A DNA stretch of 64,000 nucleotides from Vicugna vicugna (GCA_013265495.1 MU061579.1:4649146-4713145), one strand, 5' to 3'. Shown: positions 51,125 through 63,975, counted from the first letter of the stretch. Notes: generated from the sequence alone by a model not told the origin. Numbers and translations: made by a program.

Positions 51125-51610
51125 TGTTTATTATGAAAAGAGACCACTGGGAACATCTATTAATGACACATAATTTAGACTTAGTGCAGCAAAGGAAAAT
51201 GACAGCTTGACAAAGGTCTTAGTGTCTAAAAACAGAAAACTGGGAAAACTGGGGTATGGCATAGTTGCATTTTAAGGGCTTGAGCCGAGTGATGTTGAGG
51301 TGAGACTTCCAGGGTTAGGAAGTAGCTGGATGACTATTATAATGTAATGGTTTTGGGACTTATGGGTGCAGCAAGATGAAGGACATGAACTGAGTCATGA
51401 TACTGCTTAGTTTTTTTGGTGTCTTATTGTCTAGGAACTAGTATTTCCTGAGGTAAGCATCTGAATTATTTTTGCCTGTTCTTAGTATTGCTGAGCAAAG
51501 AACAGGAAATTATGCTTCATTCATGATTGTTTAACACAGACCAGGAAGTATTACTGGACCCATTATTGTTTAACATGGGGACAGGGAATTATTTGGTTTC
51601 AGTTATTAAA
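51125..51610 (-). mobile_element. Probable old ERV1-type LTR with internal ~40-bp imperfect repeats
   Basis: Repeated attgtttaaca...cagg(a/g)a units at ~51490-51595; gacttagtgcagcaaaggaaaa block. Confidence 0.4.
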
Positions 51611-53724
51611 GCTTTATTTTGCTTTTGACACATGGATTATCTTCTTATTTTTGCACTATCATTGTTTTTGTATATTATAGCTTGACTCAATTTTGATTTA
51701 AGTTTTCATTGGTGTTTTTCCATTACATTATACAAGAGTTCCTCTTGTAGTTTTTTCTATCTCCTTTACAGAATAAACTTTTATTGTTCCCACACATTCA
51801 ATGCATGTCCAAATTCAGGCAAAGGCTTCCTTGAAAGTTTTAAGCTTCCCTTACTATCTAGATATACCACACATTGTCACCTCTTCACATGTAATCTGTT
51901 TGCAGTTGATTCCTAAATATTACGTTTTTATTATGAACTTTCTCCTGGGTTTCAGTCCACTCATGTATAAACTAGGTCACATGTATAAGATATTATTCTG
52001 TCTTTACATCCTTGTCTATATATTTTAATATTGACCAGTGGGCCTTCTCTCATATTTTTTTTTTAAAGTTCCATTACCGATTCTATTATTTGGATGGGCT
52101 TGATGCTTTGGAAATTAATTTTTTTCAATCACTGACTCCTCATTCCTATCCTATTATGATTTTTGGTTGGTATTAGTAACAATAGTTGCAGTGTCTCCCT
52201 TAATAACCTTTCTGTTTCATTCCACAGCCAAGAATATAGTTTAGTCTCATCAATTGATGCATGACTTTTTTTTTTATAAACAGGCATTTTATGGTTTTTT
52301 AATGACTTTCTCTTTAACTCCACATTCACATGGTAGCCAGATTAAATTTCCTAAAAATTTGCTTGACCTGTTATTTAAAAATTTTCAGTGGCATGGAATT
52401 TCCAAAAATTTAACACTTTTATAACACCACTGTAGCTTAATATTTATTATTATTTACAATGAGTCCCTGGCTAATCTCAGTGAGATTTTAGGTAAAATTT
52501 TTTTCTACAGTTTTTCTGTATCACTGAACTAGCCATGCTGGATCACTTCTCTGTTTTGAATATGTCCTGCATTTTCTCCATTCCTGATCACATATTCTTC
52601 TTGCTTGAAATACTCTTTCTCTCAGTGCTACTCATCTTTGAATTCCCATTTCAAATTCCTCTTCCACTAAATGTTCCAAAGTAGTCTAATCCACAGGGCT
52701 CGGTAAGTCTAAGAAGGTAATGGACTCAATGACAATGTTCATTAGTAATGCAGAATATATTGCCTTGACATTGGCTGTCAATTCACTGGTTTTATTTGTG
52801 TTTGGTTTGTCTCCCTATATTAGATATACAAAATCTCAAGATTAGAGAGTTTTTCATACACCCTTTTAGGCACTCTGAAGACTTTACTTTGCACATTATA
52901 GTTTAAAACCAGCATCTTGGTTGTTGAGTGTCATCATTTTAGAGATTTGACATTCAGAAAGGCCTAGGCGTGGTTCCTAGAAAGCTCTCTGAAAAGCTAG
53001 GGCTGCAAGGTAGAAATGCAGAGTGATTTGGTTCACTGGGAGTTAACAAGCAGGTGAAAGAATAAACAAGCTAGAGCATCTGAGAATTGTTCTGAAATGA
53101 AAAGTACCTGCAGGCCCTTCAGGCAGCACTGAAAATATCCTTATTTAATAGGCTATAGTACTGCTCAGCTTTTTCTGCCATAATGTATTGTCTTTGTTTC
53201 TATCCTATTAAATGTGCCAAATATATTGAAGTCAATTTGTTTCTAGTCTCTCCATAAAAAAAAACAAAAAAGTTTATCATTTTCTAGGACTCTTCAAAGT
53301 TATAAAAGACAACAAAACTACATTTTCAAATATTTTGCACACAAAACTGTTTGCAAAGTAAAGCCCAGAATATTTCCATTAGTAGCGCAGTTTCCTTTAG
53401 GGAAGATATAAATATGTTTATTATTTTATTGCCTCAATTGTTGGTCTTTGAATAAATGTGTTTTAAAAGTAGAAAGTAGCATATAGTAAGTCTTCAAGAA
53501 GCCCATATTTATTGAATTTAAAGGTACAGGGTAGTCAAATTCAGTTTTTTCTCTTCTGTATTTTTTGTATCTTACTTACTGAATAGAATATTTTCCCCCC
53601 AAGTATCTACTTGATTCTGCCTCTAGAAAATGAAGCAGTTAAGGAATTTCTGGAAGATGCTAACTTCATTTCTATGTACTTAGTAAAATGACATTTCCTA
53701 TTCATCCATTAATTATTTTTGAAG

Positions 53725-53945
53725 AAGTATTTCCCAAGTGTTCTGAGGAATCCTAGTCTCATCAGATCATAAGATGTAGTTTAAGAAAAAAAAGTCTAGG
53801 CTCAAGTACACTGGGGAAAACTGTCTGTTTAACATTAAGCTGCAGATTCACAGTGCACATTTCAATTTTAAAGGCTCTGAGGAGTCCTGCAGAAAATAAA
53901 CTCATTTACTTTATATTTCATTTAGAGTTTTCCTAGCATTTTTTG
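53725..53945. mobile_element. hAT-Charlie MER-type element
   Basis: gtatttcccaagtg...gattcacagtgcacattt...taaaggctctgaggagtcctgcag. Confidence 0.6.
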
Positions 53946-54249
53946 TAGTGTTCTATGAAGCAGTATTTTTCAAAATATCTCTGTTAAATCATCATGGTAT
54001 AATACTATAATACTTTTATAAAATACTGTAAATATGTCATTGTAAACATTACATAAAAAGATAAGCGCTCTGGTGTTCATTTTTAGCTTCAACAGAGAGA
54101 CCACTTCCACATTTCTAGAAAATTCAAAATACTTACACCCAGTTTCTTTGTGGATTAAGCCCGGTTCACATCTAATCATAGTTTGATTAGCATAGCTACA
54201 GTATACATTGATTGCCAAGGTTCTAGAAATTTCTTTAGGTTAGTTATAG

Positions 54250-54717
54250 TGTGAAAGAAAAGCCGGGCTGGTCTAACAAGATAACTCACAAGTCTAGGAA
54301 TGTGAAGGAGAAGCTGGGCTGGGCTAACAAAATAACTCACAAATCTAAGTATCAGAATACTGATCTGAGTTCTGCTGGACTAACTTGTAAATCTAAGTTA
54401 ATTAGTGTTGGTTTGCTGTTCATGTTTTTTTGCTAGCCAGCTGGATTTTCAAAGATATATATCTGGCTTTGGAATGTTGGTTTATTGGTTTGCTCCTGCC
54501 TCCACTTTTGTGATAATGATGCTGCTAAAGCTGTTCCATGCCTATTGGCCGAATACCCCAAGCTTGTACTTTACCCTATAAAATCTCATGCACACATCTG
54601 GGAGGTGCTCAGAGCTTTGGAGCAGAAGCCCCTCTGAGCCCGCCGGCGTAATACATCTGAGTACTCCAACCTTCTGAGTGGTGCTTGTTTCTTGGCTGGC
54701 CTGTCATTTCCGTAACA
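54250..54717 (+). mobile_element. Young ERV1-type solo LTR (468 bp) with perfect 4-bp TSD
   Basis: TG 54250...CA 54717; ATAG at 54246-54249 and 54718-54721; ATTGG 54544-54548, TATAAAA 54577-54583, AATACA 54650-54655; CpGs retained (cccgccggcg). Confidence 0.92.
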
Positions 54718-55352
54718 ATAGAATAACTGATAAGAACATAACTGGTGAAGTTAATAACTTAAAATGTTTTCAGCAAAGTCCACTCACTTAGGATATATCA
54801 TACTCATTATTTTCCATATTAAGAGGAAAATAACCCATGGTCTAGCTAGTTTACTGCCCCTTCTCCAGTCTACTTTCCTTTAGATTGGTTTTTCCCACAT
54901 ATAAATTTATTTGTGTAAAGTAATATTTTGTTGTAATTGTTGTTCCTGCTACAATGTATAGATTGACTTTTTGTGCATTGCAGTTTATTAATCTTCTTTT
55001 GGTCTAATTCATTATTGGAAGATAATTGGCTTTGGGCATAAAGGATTAAGAATCTGACAGGAGAGGGTGGAGGATTAGGGATCAGCTGAGGAGAAGGATA
55101 GAACAGTGACTATAATAATAATGTCTTGAGTATCTTCTTCAAGTACTTCAGATGTGACTTAATGATTCATCACATATTGACTCTGTTAAAAGATCATGAT
55201 ACTGAAAGCCAAACACTGAGCTCCTTTAATGTCAGAATCCTCAGTGTCTTGAGTGAGTTTGATTTGGATGTAAGAATTATCTACTTCCAGCAGCCAGTCC
55301 TTAGCCTTGGCCAGTTCCCTTGTCAAGAACCAGTGGAGTTTGGTGGTCTGTT

Positions 55353-55416
55353 TCAGTGGTTTCTAAATTCTGGATTGCAGCATGTGAATTGGCTGACTTT
55401 TGAGGGGAGATTTGAA

Positions 55417-55461
<45 letters not shown>

Positions 55462-55600
55462 CAGATAGGAATATAGCTATCTATCCATACATTACCCCTC
55501 ACTACATCATACTAGCTTAGGGATCTGAGGTAGAGCCAAGTTTGTGCCACTGCTAATCCTCAATCCCATTCTGATGTGCAGCCAGTTTGGGAAACTAATT
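55353..55600. mobile_element. MER5-like hAT-Charlie element containing a GATA microsatellite
   Basis: cagtggtttctaaattctggattgca... and ...ttctgatgtgcagccagtttgggaaac termini. Confidence 0.65.
55417..55468. repeat. (ATAG)11 ACAG ATAG tetranucleotide microsatellite
   Basis: Perfect ATAG run 55417-55460. Confidence 0.97.
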
Positions 55601-56284
55601 CACCGTGGCATAAACCTTTGGAGAAGTATGATTTTTTGATACACGGCACCTTCTTCTTTAGTCTAGCTCCCCTACTTTCTCAGAGGGTTTGGGGGAGTGA
55701 GAAATCTTGAGGAAGCCCAGATCTAGAGAAGTAGTGGCATTTTAGCCATTACAATTTTAAATGCTTCTGTCAGTATGTAAATGACTTTCAGGGTTTGGGC
55801 AACCACATGTATGATTGTGGTCCATAAAGTCCTCCCAAAGAACATAGGGATATAATAGTAGCTACTATGATTTAAACACAAAAAGTAATGCAAGGATGAG
55901 TGCCAGTGAATGATGCCTGTGCTTGTAACTTTCAGATCTTCTAGCTCCACATTTGTCTATCTCTGCTTAATCTATTATCTCTAGACTGCTTGTAATTAAT
56001 CTATTTATTTTGTGTTTAATCTTTGCTTTCTTAGCTATGTCTTCCTCTGGTTTGTTGAGTTATCGGTGTCTTTCCTAATCTAAACTGACTTCTGGAGCCA
56101 GTCACTATGCAGACACTGGGCTAGCCTCCACCACGAACTGCCCTCTGGCCTGCTGACATCTAGCATGCCCTCAGAGTGGCTATCAATCTACTGTAGCTTT
56201 CCTAAAGGTGTACCTATTTATATAGCAATAAGGGATTCTGGGAAAAAAAAAAAAAAGAACACTTTCTTACTACCTAGACTCACC

Positions 56285-56751
56285 AGAAGGCCTTAAGATT
56301 CCCCTCAGCTTGACTAAACTTTTTGAGAAACTTCTTCTTGCATCAAGGCCTCTGACCTCCCTTTTCTTAGAACGTTTACTTTAGAAAACTTGTAACTGAA
56401 AAGTTCTTCTCTGTCCCTGTGAGAATTAAAACTTTTAAAAAGCCTTTGGGCAGTTTTACAACCCAGGACTGTCTTTCTCAAGGACCCGAGCCTTTGAAAT
56501 GTAATCAAGGAAGATGGTGCCCTTCCAGTCTCTGTGGGAGGGGAGAGGCTTAACTTTACTGGGTGCCTTGGTCCAAGTTGTAAAAGGACTTCAAATCATA
56601 AAGCTACTGGACAATTTACTTTTTCTTTGGGTAAGGCTAATTAGCAAACACAAATGGCCTATGATCACCTGTCTCCACCAATACAATAGTCTTGAATAAA
56701 GTCTTTCTTGCCTGTTTTAACTTTATCTCGCACACTTTTTGCTTTGATACA
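56285..56751 (+). mobile_element. ERV1-type solo LTR (MER67/MER31-group-like)
   Basis: gattcccctcagcttgactaaactt start, AATAAA 56695-56700, ends ...ttgataca; related to 41695-42165. Confidence 0.75.
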
Positions 56752-57298
56752 ACTAATTTTTTGTATGTTAATCTAAATATAGAGACTGCTAAGATATTCT
56801 ACTACTAATTTCAAAATTATGAAATAATCTGACAATATTATTTTCTTTAAAATCCTTGTTTATTTTATACTGCTGATACATTATTTTGTATCTGCTAATA
56901 TCAGACCCCTTTGCACCACTTAAACAAATGTAAACATAGCCCACATAATAATTTATATCAAACTATAGAATATTATTTTTAATTCTAAACCAGTCTTATT
57001 TATACACCTGATGAAATAGAATAATATTTGTTTTCCAATTAAATAATATTTTAGATATTTTTCTAAGCACTTATTCTCCCTTTTAAATGCTCCAATGTCC
57101 TGAATTTTTCCATCTCGTATTTGCTCTATTATGTCACATTAGTTTTTAACTACACGATTCATCTGAAATAATGGCCATCATTATTCCCTTGTATGCTATA
57201 ATTTTATAATAATATGTGGTTATTTCAATTTCTAATGGTTCTGACTGAATTTTTAAAGACTTATCTCTGACTGTTCTTTTAGTATTTTAGCTTGATTT

Positions 57299-57913
57299 TG
57301 CTAGGCAGTTAGATAGAAATGAGCACCGGGCAAGGGGAGAGGGAGGGGCAGGGAGCAACCGAGAATGCAGCACGCAGTATGCCTGTGCTTAGGATAAGGG
57401 GCCCGCCAAAATTTTACTTTGTCTAAAAATGAAGGCCAGCAAAGCCGACTAGAATCGAATGCTGCAGCTGCACAGTAGAGAGAAAGGCCCGGCTTAACTT
57501 GACCCAATGCTCACTATAATATAATTAACATTACAGTTTTAGCTCCCACCAGTAGGTTTCTCTGTTTGTATCACGGGTAAAAACATGCATAAAAGAGATG
57601 GGCATGCCTGAGCACAAGGAACATGAGCTGTCAGTCATCCTGAGCTCTCAAAGAACAGAAGCCATCAATAACCAATCAGGAGACCGTCCCCTAAGCCAGG
57701 ATATGAGAACAGGAAAAACAAAGGAGCCATGCCGTTTTTCCTTTCTTGAATTGGCCCAACACCAATTCCTGGGGGTGTACTATATTTTACTACCTTTTTA
57801 CTTCACTAATAAAATCTGCTGTTTATATTACACTGTCTGTCTCCCGTTAGAAATTCATATTTTTGGGGTGACTAAGAACCGAGGTAACTTTTATTCCCTT
57901 CTTCCTTGTAACA
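57299..57913 (+). mobile_element. ERV1-type solo LTR (615 bp)
   Basis: TG 57299...CA 57913, 4-bp flanks ATTT/GTTT, CCAAT 57672-57676, AATAAA 57808-57813; same family as 11609-12090. Confidence 0.85.
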
Positions 57914-58314
57914 GTTTTATAATATTTTCTAAAATGAGAATTGAATAAAACTGTCATATGTATTTTACAATGTTTTTTTTCCTTTGTAAGAGTTTATTCA
58001 TTTTTATTGGATTTATTTTTCAAAAGAGTGTTCATTGTAAAATAAAGTAGAATTATATAATAATTTCTGGACTTTTCAATAATCACTTACTGAATGATAG
58101 AAGCTTTTTATAATATTCAAGAGAAATTATTATTGCTTAGCAGTCATTTTGGCATTTTCTTACTCATATGCCTCTAGAATGCATTTAAGGACTATTTCTT
58201 ACTTTTAATTCAAAATAGTAAGATTCAAATGTTCTATTTAAAGCATTAAGGATATATTATTTGATTTAATTTTCTGCATTTTGTTTTGTTTTTCACTTCA
58301 TATTCACCAACTAG

Positions 58315-58403
58315 CTGTGGTTTGATCCATGGCTGTTAACTCTTGGAGATGCACCTTTACAAAACTCATCACAAATAAAAGCATTGGTTTAAAAAGTAGA
58401 CAG
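58315..58403 (+). other. Candidate 89-nt exon (unverified)
   Basis: Pyrimidine-rich tract ~58270-58305, AG at 58313-58314, strong donor CAG|GTAAGA at 58403/58404; ATG at 58329 is open to the donor (25 codons). Confidence 0.25.
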
Positions 58404-59634
58404 GTAAGATTGGAGATAAGGATTTTTAACTGTGTTTTCTCATGTAAGATAATTCAATTAAGTTTGATTTTTAGGTTAAAGAAACAGAAGCACAGAGAGG
58501 TTAAGTAAGCTGCCTGAAGTTGCATTGTTAGCAGGGGCACTATAGGACCCAACGCAGGGTCTCAGGAAGTGAGTGGATATTTTCCATTTCTGCCCCCTAA
58601 AGCATTACCTGGCACATCCTTATAATTTGAGGTCTAATTTGCTCTATGCTTTTGATCATTTTGCACTGCTAAAATCCATTGATCTTGGGAAAATCACCCT
58701 GTGTGGTAGACAATGCTAGAACTAAATGTGAAATATCACAATTCGGTCATCTAATCAAAATCAGATATTCAGTTTTAAATTTCAGTATTTTGATGTGCTC
58801 CGAGGTAACTGTATGCCTGCATTCTAAAGTAAGGGACTTCATGTATTTTGAAAACTGTTTCTCTCTATTCCCAGTTTCCCCTGAATTTTACATGGCTTGA
58901 AGTGATTTCTGCAGCCTCTCGACCCATCTCAGCACAGACTGGACGGTAAGCATCCCATGGAGAGACTCGAATTCCCTTTCTTTAAATTAGCTGATTATGG
59001 GCCTAGATAGATGTCATTCTCTCTGAGATGTGGAACTTCTTCCTCTAAAATGACCAGTCTCTACAGACCAATTAAGCAAAGGAATGCTGAGCCTGCTTCC
59101 GACAGGTAAAGCTCTCAAAACACACAGCAACTGGCAGCCTATGTACCTCTAAGCAATTTCTCTGAGAGAATTTTCTGAAAGGTTGAGCTAATGGGTTTGA
59201 GTACAGCTGTGCGCAATGTTTTGCAGAGCCAGCAAAACTAAGGAAATGTGCGTTTTTGCCAGTTTCCTAGAACTGCTTCTCTGCTCTCATCATCAACAAG
59301 GCTGCAGAGAAGTGCAGAGGATTCCTGATCACTCCTAAAGACCGCTTTTCATCGGCGTAGGCAGCGGTTTTGAACTCAGACCACCCTGTGGCCTTTAGCT
59401 GCTTAAACATAAAGGGCAAGTCAAGTTTTATTGAGTAGATTTAGCTAAGCTTATACTTTCATCTTTTCCCCAAAGCTTTTGTCTTCTCTGCAAGGGGAAT
59501 TTTGCAGCAGCCTCTTCTGCATAATGATATCTGAAATGCTGTCACTGCTAATCAATCTCAGACTTTTTGGACGGAGCATCATATATTACATGGGAATCAA
59601 ACTGCATACATTTTCTTTATTTAACATTAACTCT

Positions 59635-59870
59635 ATTTCAGTATCGTGAGTGGAATGAACCTAGGCTCTAGAGTCCAACAGGTTTGGATTCGAAACTTGA
59701 GTTCAGTTACCAAATAGTGAGTATTCCTGGATACGTTAGTTAACCCTTTCCTATTAGCCTTGTTATTCTCAATTCTCCACTCACAGGTGTGGTACCCACA
59801 TCTGCCCGCATATCTGCAGTGTATTTAAAGAGTGCCTGGTATAATATACCCTCTCAATGAGTGTCTCTTC
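59635..59870 (+). mobile_element. MIR SINE
   Basis: aggctctagagtc...tggattcgaa...ttagttaaccctt...agagtgcctggtataa...ctcaat. Confidence 0.6.
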
Positions 59871-60049
59871 CTCATCCATATTCTGTGTATTTCTAAGAAG
59901 AAAATCAGTCTTGAATTTTTTTTAATTATGTTTTTAGTAGAAGACATCACTGAGTTTTCCAACCATACTTCTACGTTCACTAACATGATTTCCCACTCAG
60001 GAAAGAACAGTGTTTTGGATTAATCTGATCCATGAACTATTCTTCTGCG

Positions 60050-60338
60050 ATCTACAAGCTGAGCATTATTTTTTATGTTTTAAGGGTAGGATTTAAAAAA
60101 AGCGAAAACAAAAATAATGGTTTGTGACACAGGAAAATGATATGAAATTAAAATTTCAGTGTCCATAAATAAAGTGTAATTGGAACTCAGATATGTTCTT
60201 CTATTTAGGTATTGTGTTTGGGCTCCCTTAGTGCCACAAAGGCCTGGTGGAGTAATTGCAAAAGAAACCAGATAGCTTGAAAAGCCTAAAATATGGACTA
60301 TCTGGTCCTTTAAAGATAAAGTTTACAGACCCATGGTC
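60050..60338. mobile_element. MER58B-like hAT-Charlie element
   Basis: atatgaaattaaaatttcagtgtccataaataaagt...ttggaac...aaagcctaaaata...tatctggtcctttaaagataaagttt. Confidence 0.8.
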
Positions 60339-63300
60339 TGGAATATCAGGTATGATCATGTCAGTATAATAAAAATGACTTCATTGAGTAGATCACTGCT
60401 CAGAAAGTATCAACTCAGATATCAAAATTTAATATGGAACCAAACAAAATATTCACAATGACTTTATTGTCGTTTAGTGTGTGTTTGTTTTCTGGGATGT
60501 GAATCACAGAGATGGGGGAATAAAGTCCAACCACGTATTTTGTTCCAGAGAACTCAGTCTGTTGTCAGGAATCTCTGAAGCCCTAGTTTTTCTAGCAAAC
60601 TTCTCTTGCAATTTGTGTAACTCACTGTCTTGCCTAGGAGTCAAGTTTCCTGTTTGTAATCAAATAACCACTAGCATCAATCATATTTAAGGTTCTAAAA
60701 TTTAAGTTGAGTAGGTTCTTACTACCCTTTATCCAAATGTCCCTTATGACTCTTGAACTTAATATTTTATTTAACACCAAAATAAAGATTATGTTAATGC
60801 TTATATACATTTTTTTGAAAAGCCTACTCTTTAACTTAGTGACTTTTAAATTAAGTTGGTCACAGTTTGCTTTAGGAAATAACAGAAAACACAGTGCATT
60901 AATTTTTTTGGCACTGTGGGCTGCTGGACTACAAAACGATTAAAAAGCACATTCTTTTGTTCTTTATACTTCAGAGTTTCCTTTAATATTCTAAGTAGTT
61001 CTAAAGATGTTGTACTTTAATTGAGAGCTCTATAAATTTAGTGCATTTCATTTAAATAATAAAATTGGAGAAATGCATAGGAAAAAAGTCGAGGAAAGGA
61101 ACAGATTATGTTTTTTTGTGTCCTTGTAACCATGTCCTCTTCTTTTCAAATTTCGATCCCAAAATAAATGTGTCCGTGTACCTGCACATTCAAATGAAAA
61201 GATGGATGAAGGACAAAAGGATTCAGATCCAAAGAAACAGAACAGTAAAATAAGCTGTTAAAAATCAGGGCAGCATGATAGGCAGGAAACAATTAGGGCA
61301 CTGCAATTCAGAGATAGGGAGAAGGAGAGGGCAAGGAATAACGTAATATGACAGGTGAAGGATGAGCTGGGGCTTCACGTTATAAAGGAGGAAGATGGAG
61401 CACTTGGATAGGGAGGGAAAATCAAATGAACATCTGCTGACTCCAAATAAGGTGTCGGCACTCTAAAGGTGAGATATGAAACTAAACAGGAAAAGCAGTA
61501 GTTAAAGGGCTCCAGGTTGTTTATGAGAAATTAAAGAGGTTCCATGAAGATGAAAGAGATTTATCTGTTCCTGTGAAAGTAGACATATTCCGTCTTTGGG
61601 TGCTTCCTTCTCCAATAGGTATCCAAGGTGCTCATTTATTTTGTAAATTTTTAATAGATTTTTACAATCCTAATGTATTGTACATAGTGGATTTTATTTT
61701 TAAATACCATAAGTGAAATAATTCTAGTTCAATTTTACTTAAGTGTTACTCAAAAGGAGGTTCATATAGTGTCTCATATGGCTAATTATGTGAAAACTTA
61801 AACCGATTGATATTCTGCCTCATAATTAAATATTCAAATATTTACCATGTCATAGTACAACTTTTTCATCTAAGAGGGTAAAATAGAAGGTCCCTAATTA
61901 GTATCTGTGTTATTCCAATTTCACTTCTAATTTGTCTCCTAAAACTCATAGTTCAAAAATGTCTTGACAAAATTAAACAAGCCGGTAAATAATAATCATC
62001 TTCTGCTCCAAAATAACAAGAACCAAAACAGGAGTAAGAGTAATAATAACAACAGCAATGAAAAGAAGGGCCGGATGCCCCAGATAATGTAGGATGTTTT
62101 CTGACCAAAATTTCCATCTAAATAATATGAACACTACATGAGGAACAGCAGTCTGAAGGAGTCTACATTCTCTCAATGTGAGACAAAGATCATTTACCAA
62201 AACCTGACAAACTTCATAGCTCTTGAGAAGAAAACAAATAAATACCAGTAAATGTCATCCCATGCCTTACCCTCATGTCAGTACTCTGTGCCCGGAATGC
62301 TGTTATTTACTTAAGAATCATTTGTGCCTCTATCTCTGTGAGCTTCCAGATGATAGCAGTCAGGTGGTACTTTTTCTCACTAATTTAGAGAAGATGCAAT
62401 TTTGTTTACTAATTTCTGGAGGCATTCTGACAGAGATTCAATGTGCAAACTGACTTGAACAATTTAAACTCAATTACCCATGTGAAGAGAGGCACTTTTT
62501 AAAAATAGCTAATGACTATCACAAGGATATTATGCAGCTAAGATCAAAGAGTAATTTACTGTGATAAGAAAAAAAAAGGGGGAGATTTTGTAGTGTCTCT
62601 TGAGGAAATGGAAATTCACTTCTTTTTTGTTGTTCACGGATAAGCCTAGAGGGAAATTCATCAGCTTTATATCCTCAGGTGAATCTATGAAATATATTCT
62701 GCAAGCAATAAAAGTAAGTTTGTATTTAAAGTTTCTTAACCACAGCCCTATCATGACTCATCTTTCCAATTCTGTCAGGACCTTTCTTTTTGTACTCATT
62801 TCTTTGACAAAATGTATTCTTAAAATCTAACAAAAATTGCTTGTAAGAGGACCAAAAATCTCAAGACAATACCAAAAAACTTAAGTTATAACCATTGGAG
62901 AGCTATGGTGTTTGCTCTGAAAATAAAATTCCCCATAGACTTAGAAGTTCAACTTATTGGAGGTAAATGTAGGCAGTATTATCCTGAATCACTAAACTCA
63001 TACAAATACTTACCCCCCAAAAGGGAGATTATATTGTAAGATAATTAATTCTATTTTTCACTAGAACTTGAAATTACTACATTTTAAACCAAATATTTAT
63101 GACCAGTCACATTTAGATTATAGATACCAAGTGACAGTGTATAATTTCATTTAAAAATTACATAACCTGTCAAAATGATAAATAAGCACTTACATTTTTG
63201 GTAGCTAAATTTTAAGTGATCTCTCTCAAGGGTATTTATGTCTTTATATCCCAGGAGCCCAGCTGTATTCTAAATCAAGTACCAAAGACACCTACGCAAA

Positions 63301-63879
63301 CCACCTGCTCGTTACTAAATCTCCAGGCTCAATTCTATCCTCCTTTCTTTGCCAAGAAGCTATATTCCATCTCTTGCTTTGATCAAGATTTTGTATTTGT
63401 TATAATTATCAGGACTACACATCCCTTCTTGGTCCTGAACTAGGTGTCAAAAAACAGATTAAGCAAAATTATGACATTCTTGGACCTGTTCCCAGTTCAG
63501 AATCACCACTTTAGGCAACCAAGACCTTCCATGCTGCTCCCAGGAATACAGGCACCCTGACATGGATACACTATCATTGTCTTTGATGTCTGATCCTTTA
63601 ATGATTCTTGGGTTGAGATTTCAGGTGTGATGCCTTTCATTCATCTCCTCACTCAGTTGCTTGCTTCATTAAGAGAACTATTTTTGTGTCCACTATGTGC
63701 TAAACATAGTCACGATCCTGGGAATAATAATAATACTGACCAACTTTATTTGGTACTTCATCATCTGTACTGAGCTAAAAGCTTGACACTTATTTGTCGT
63801 GATACAGCTGGCTAAATCATACGAGGTGCATGCTAATATCATGCCCGCTGTAGAGGAAAGCCAATTGAAGGTTAAAGTT

Positions 63880-63975
63880 AAATAGCTCACTTAAGCAGAG
63901 TTACACAGCTAATCAGGGGCAGAGTACAATTTGAATCCAGGCACTAGAACCCCAGAAACTACACTATTTATCACT
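63880..63975 (-). mobile_element. MIR fragment
   Basis: agagttacacagctaat...ggcagag...atttgaatccaggca. Confidence 0.6.

Noticed and set aside
54250..54351. CRISPR-like or coding repeat (ORF 54251-54436 with repeated KEK.GW.NKITHKS)
   Set aside because: Two adjacent units with no spacers, inside an LTR U3, in mammalian DNA
41695..56751. Related same-strand LTRs as the two ends of one 15-kb provirus
   Set aside because: The copies differ by large indels, there is no PBS or ERV1 gag/pol/env between them, and the interval holds older MIR/L2 elements
26452..59272. Milk-protein (casein-type) locus suggested by three TTCCTAGAA STAT5-type sites (26452, 52974, 59264)
   Set aside because: No casein-type signal-peptide exon or promoter seen; the sites are far apart and can arise by chance in AT-rich DNA
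1416..63890. The short ORFs in the six-frame track as genes
   Set aside because: All are 124 aa or shorter, many start at non-ATG codons, and none resembles a cellular protein I recognise; the identifiable ones are L1 or Tigger fossils
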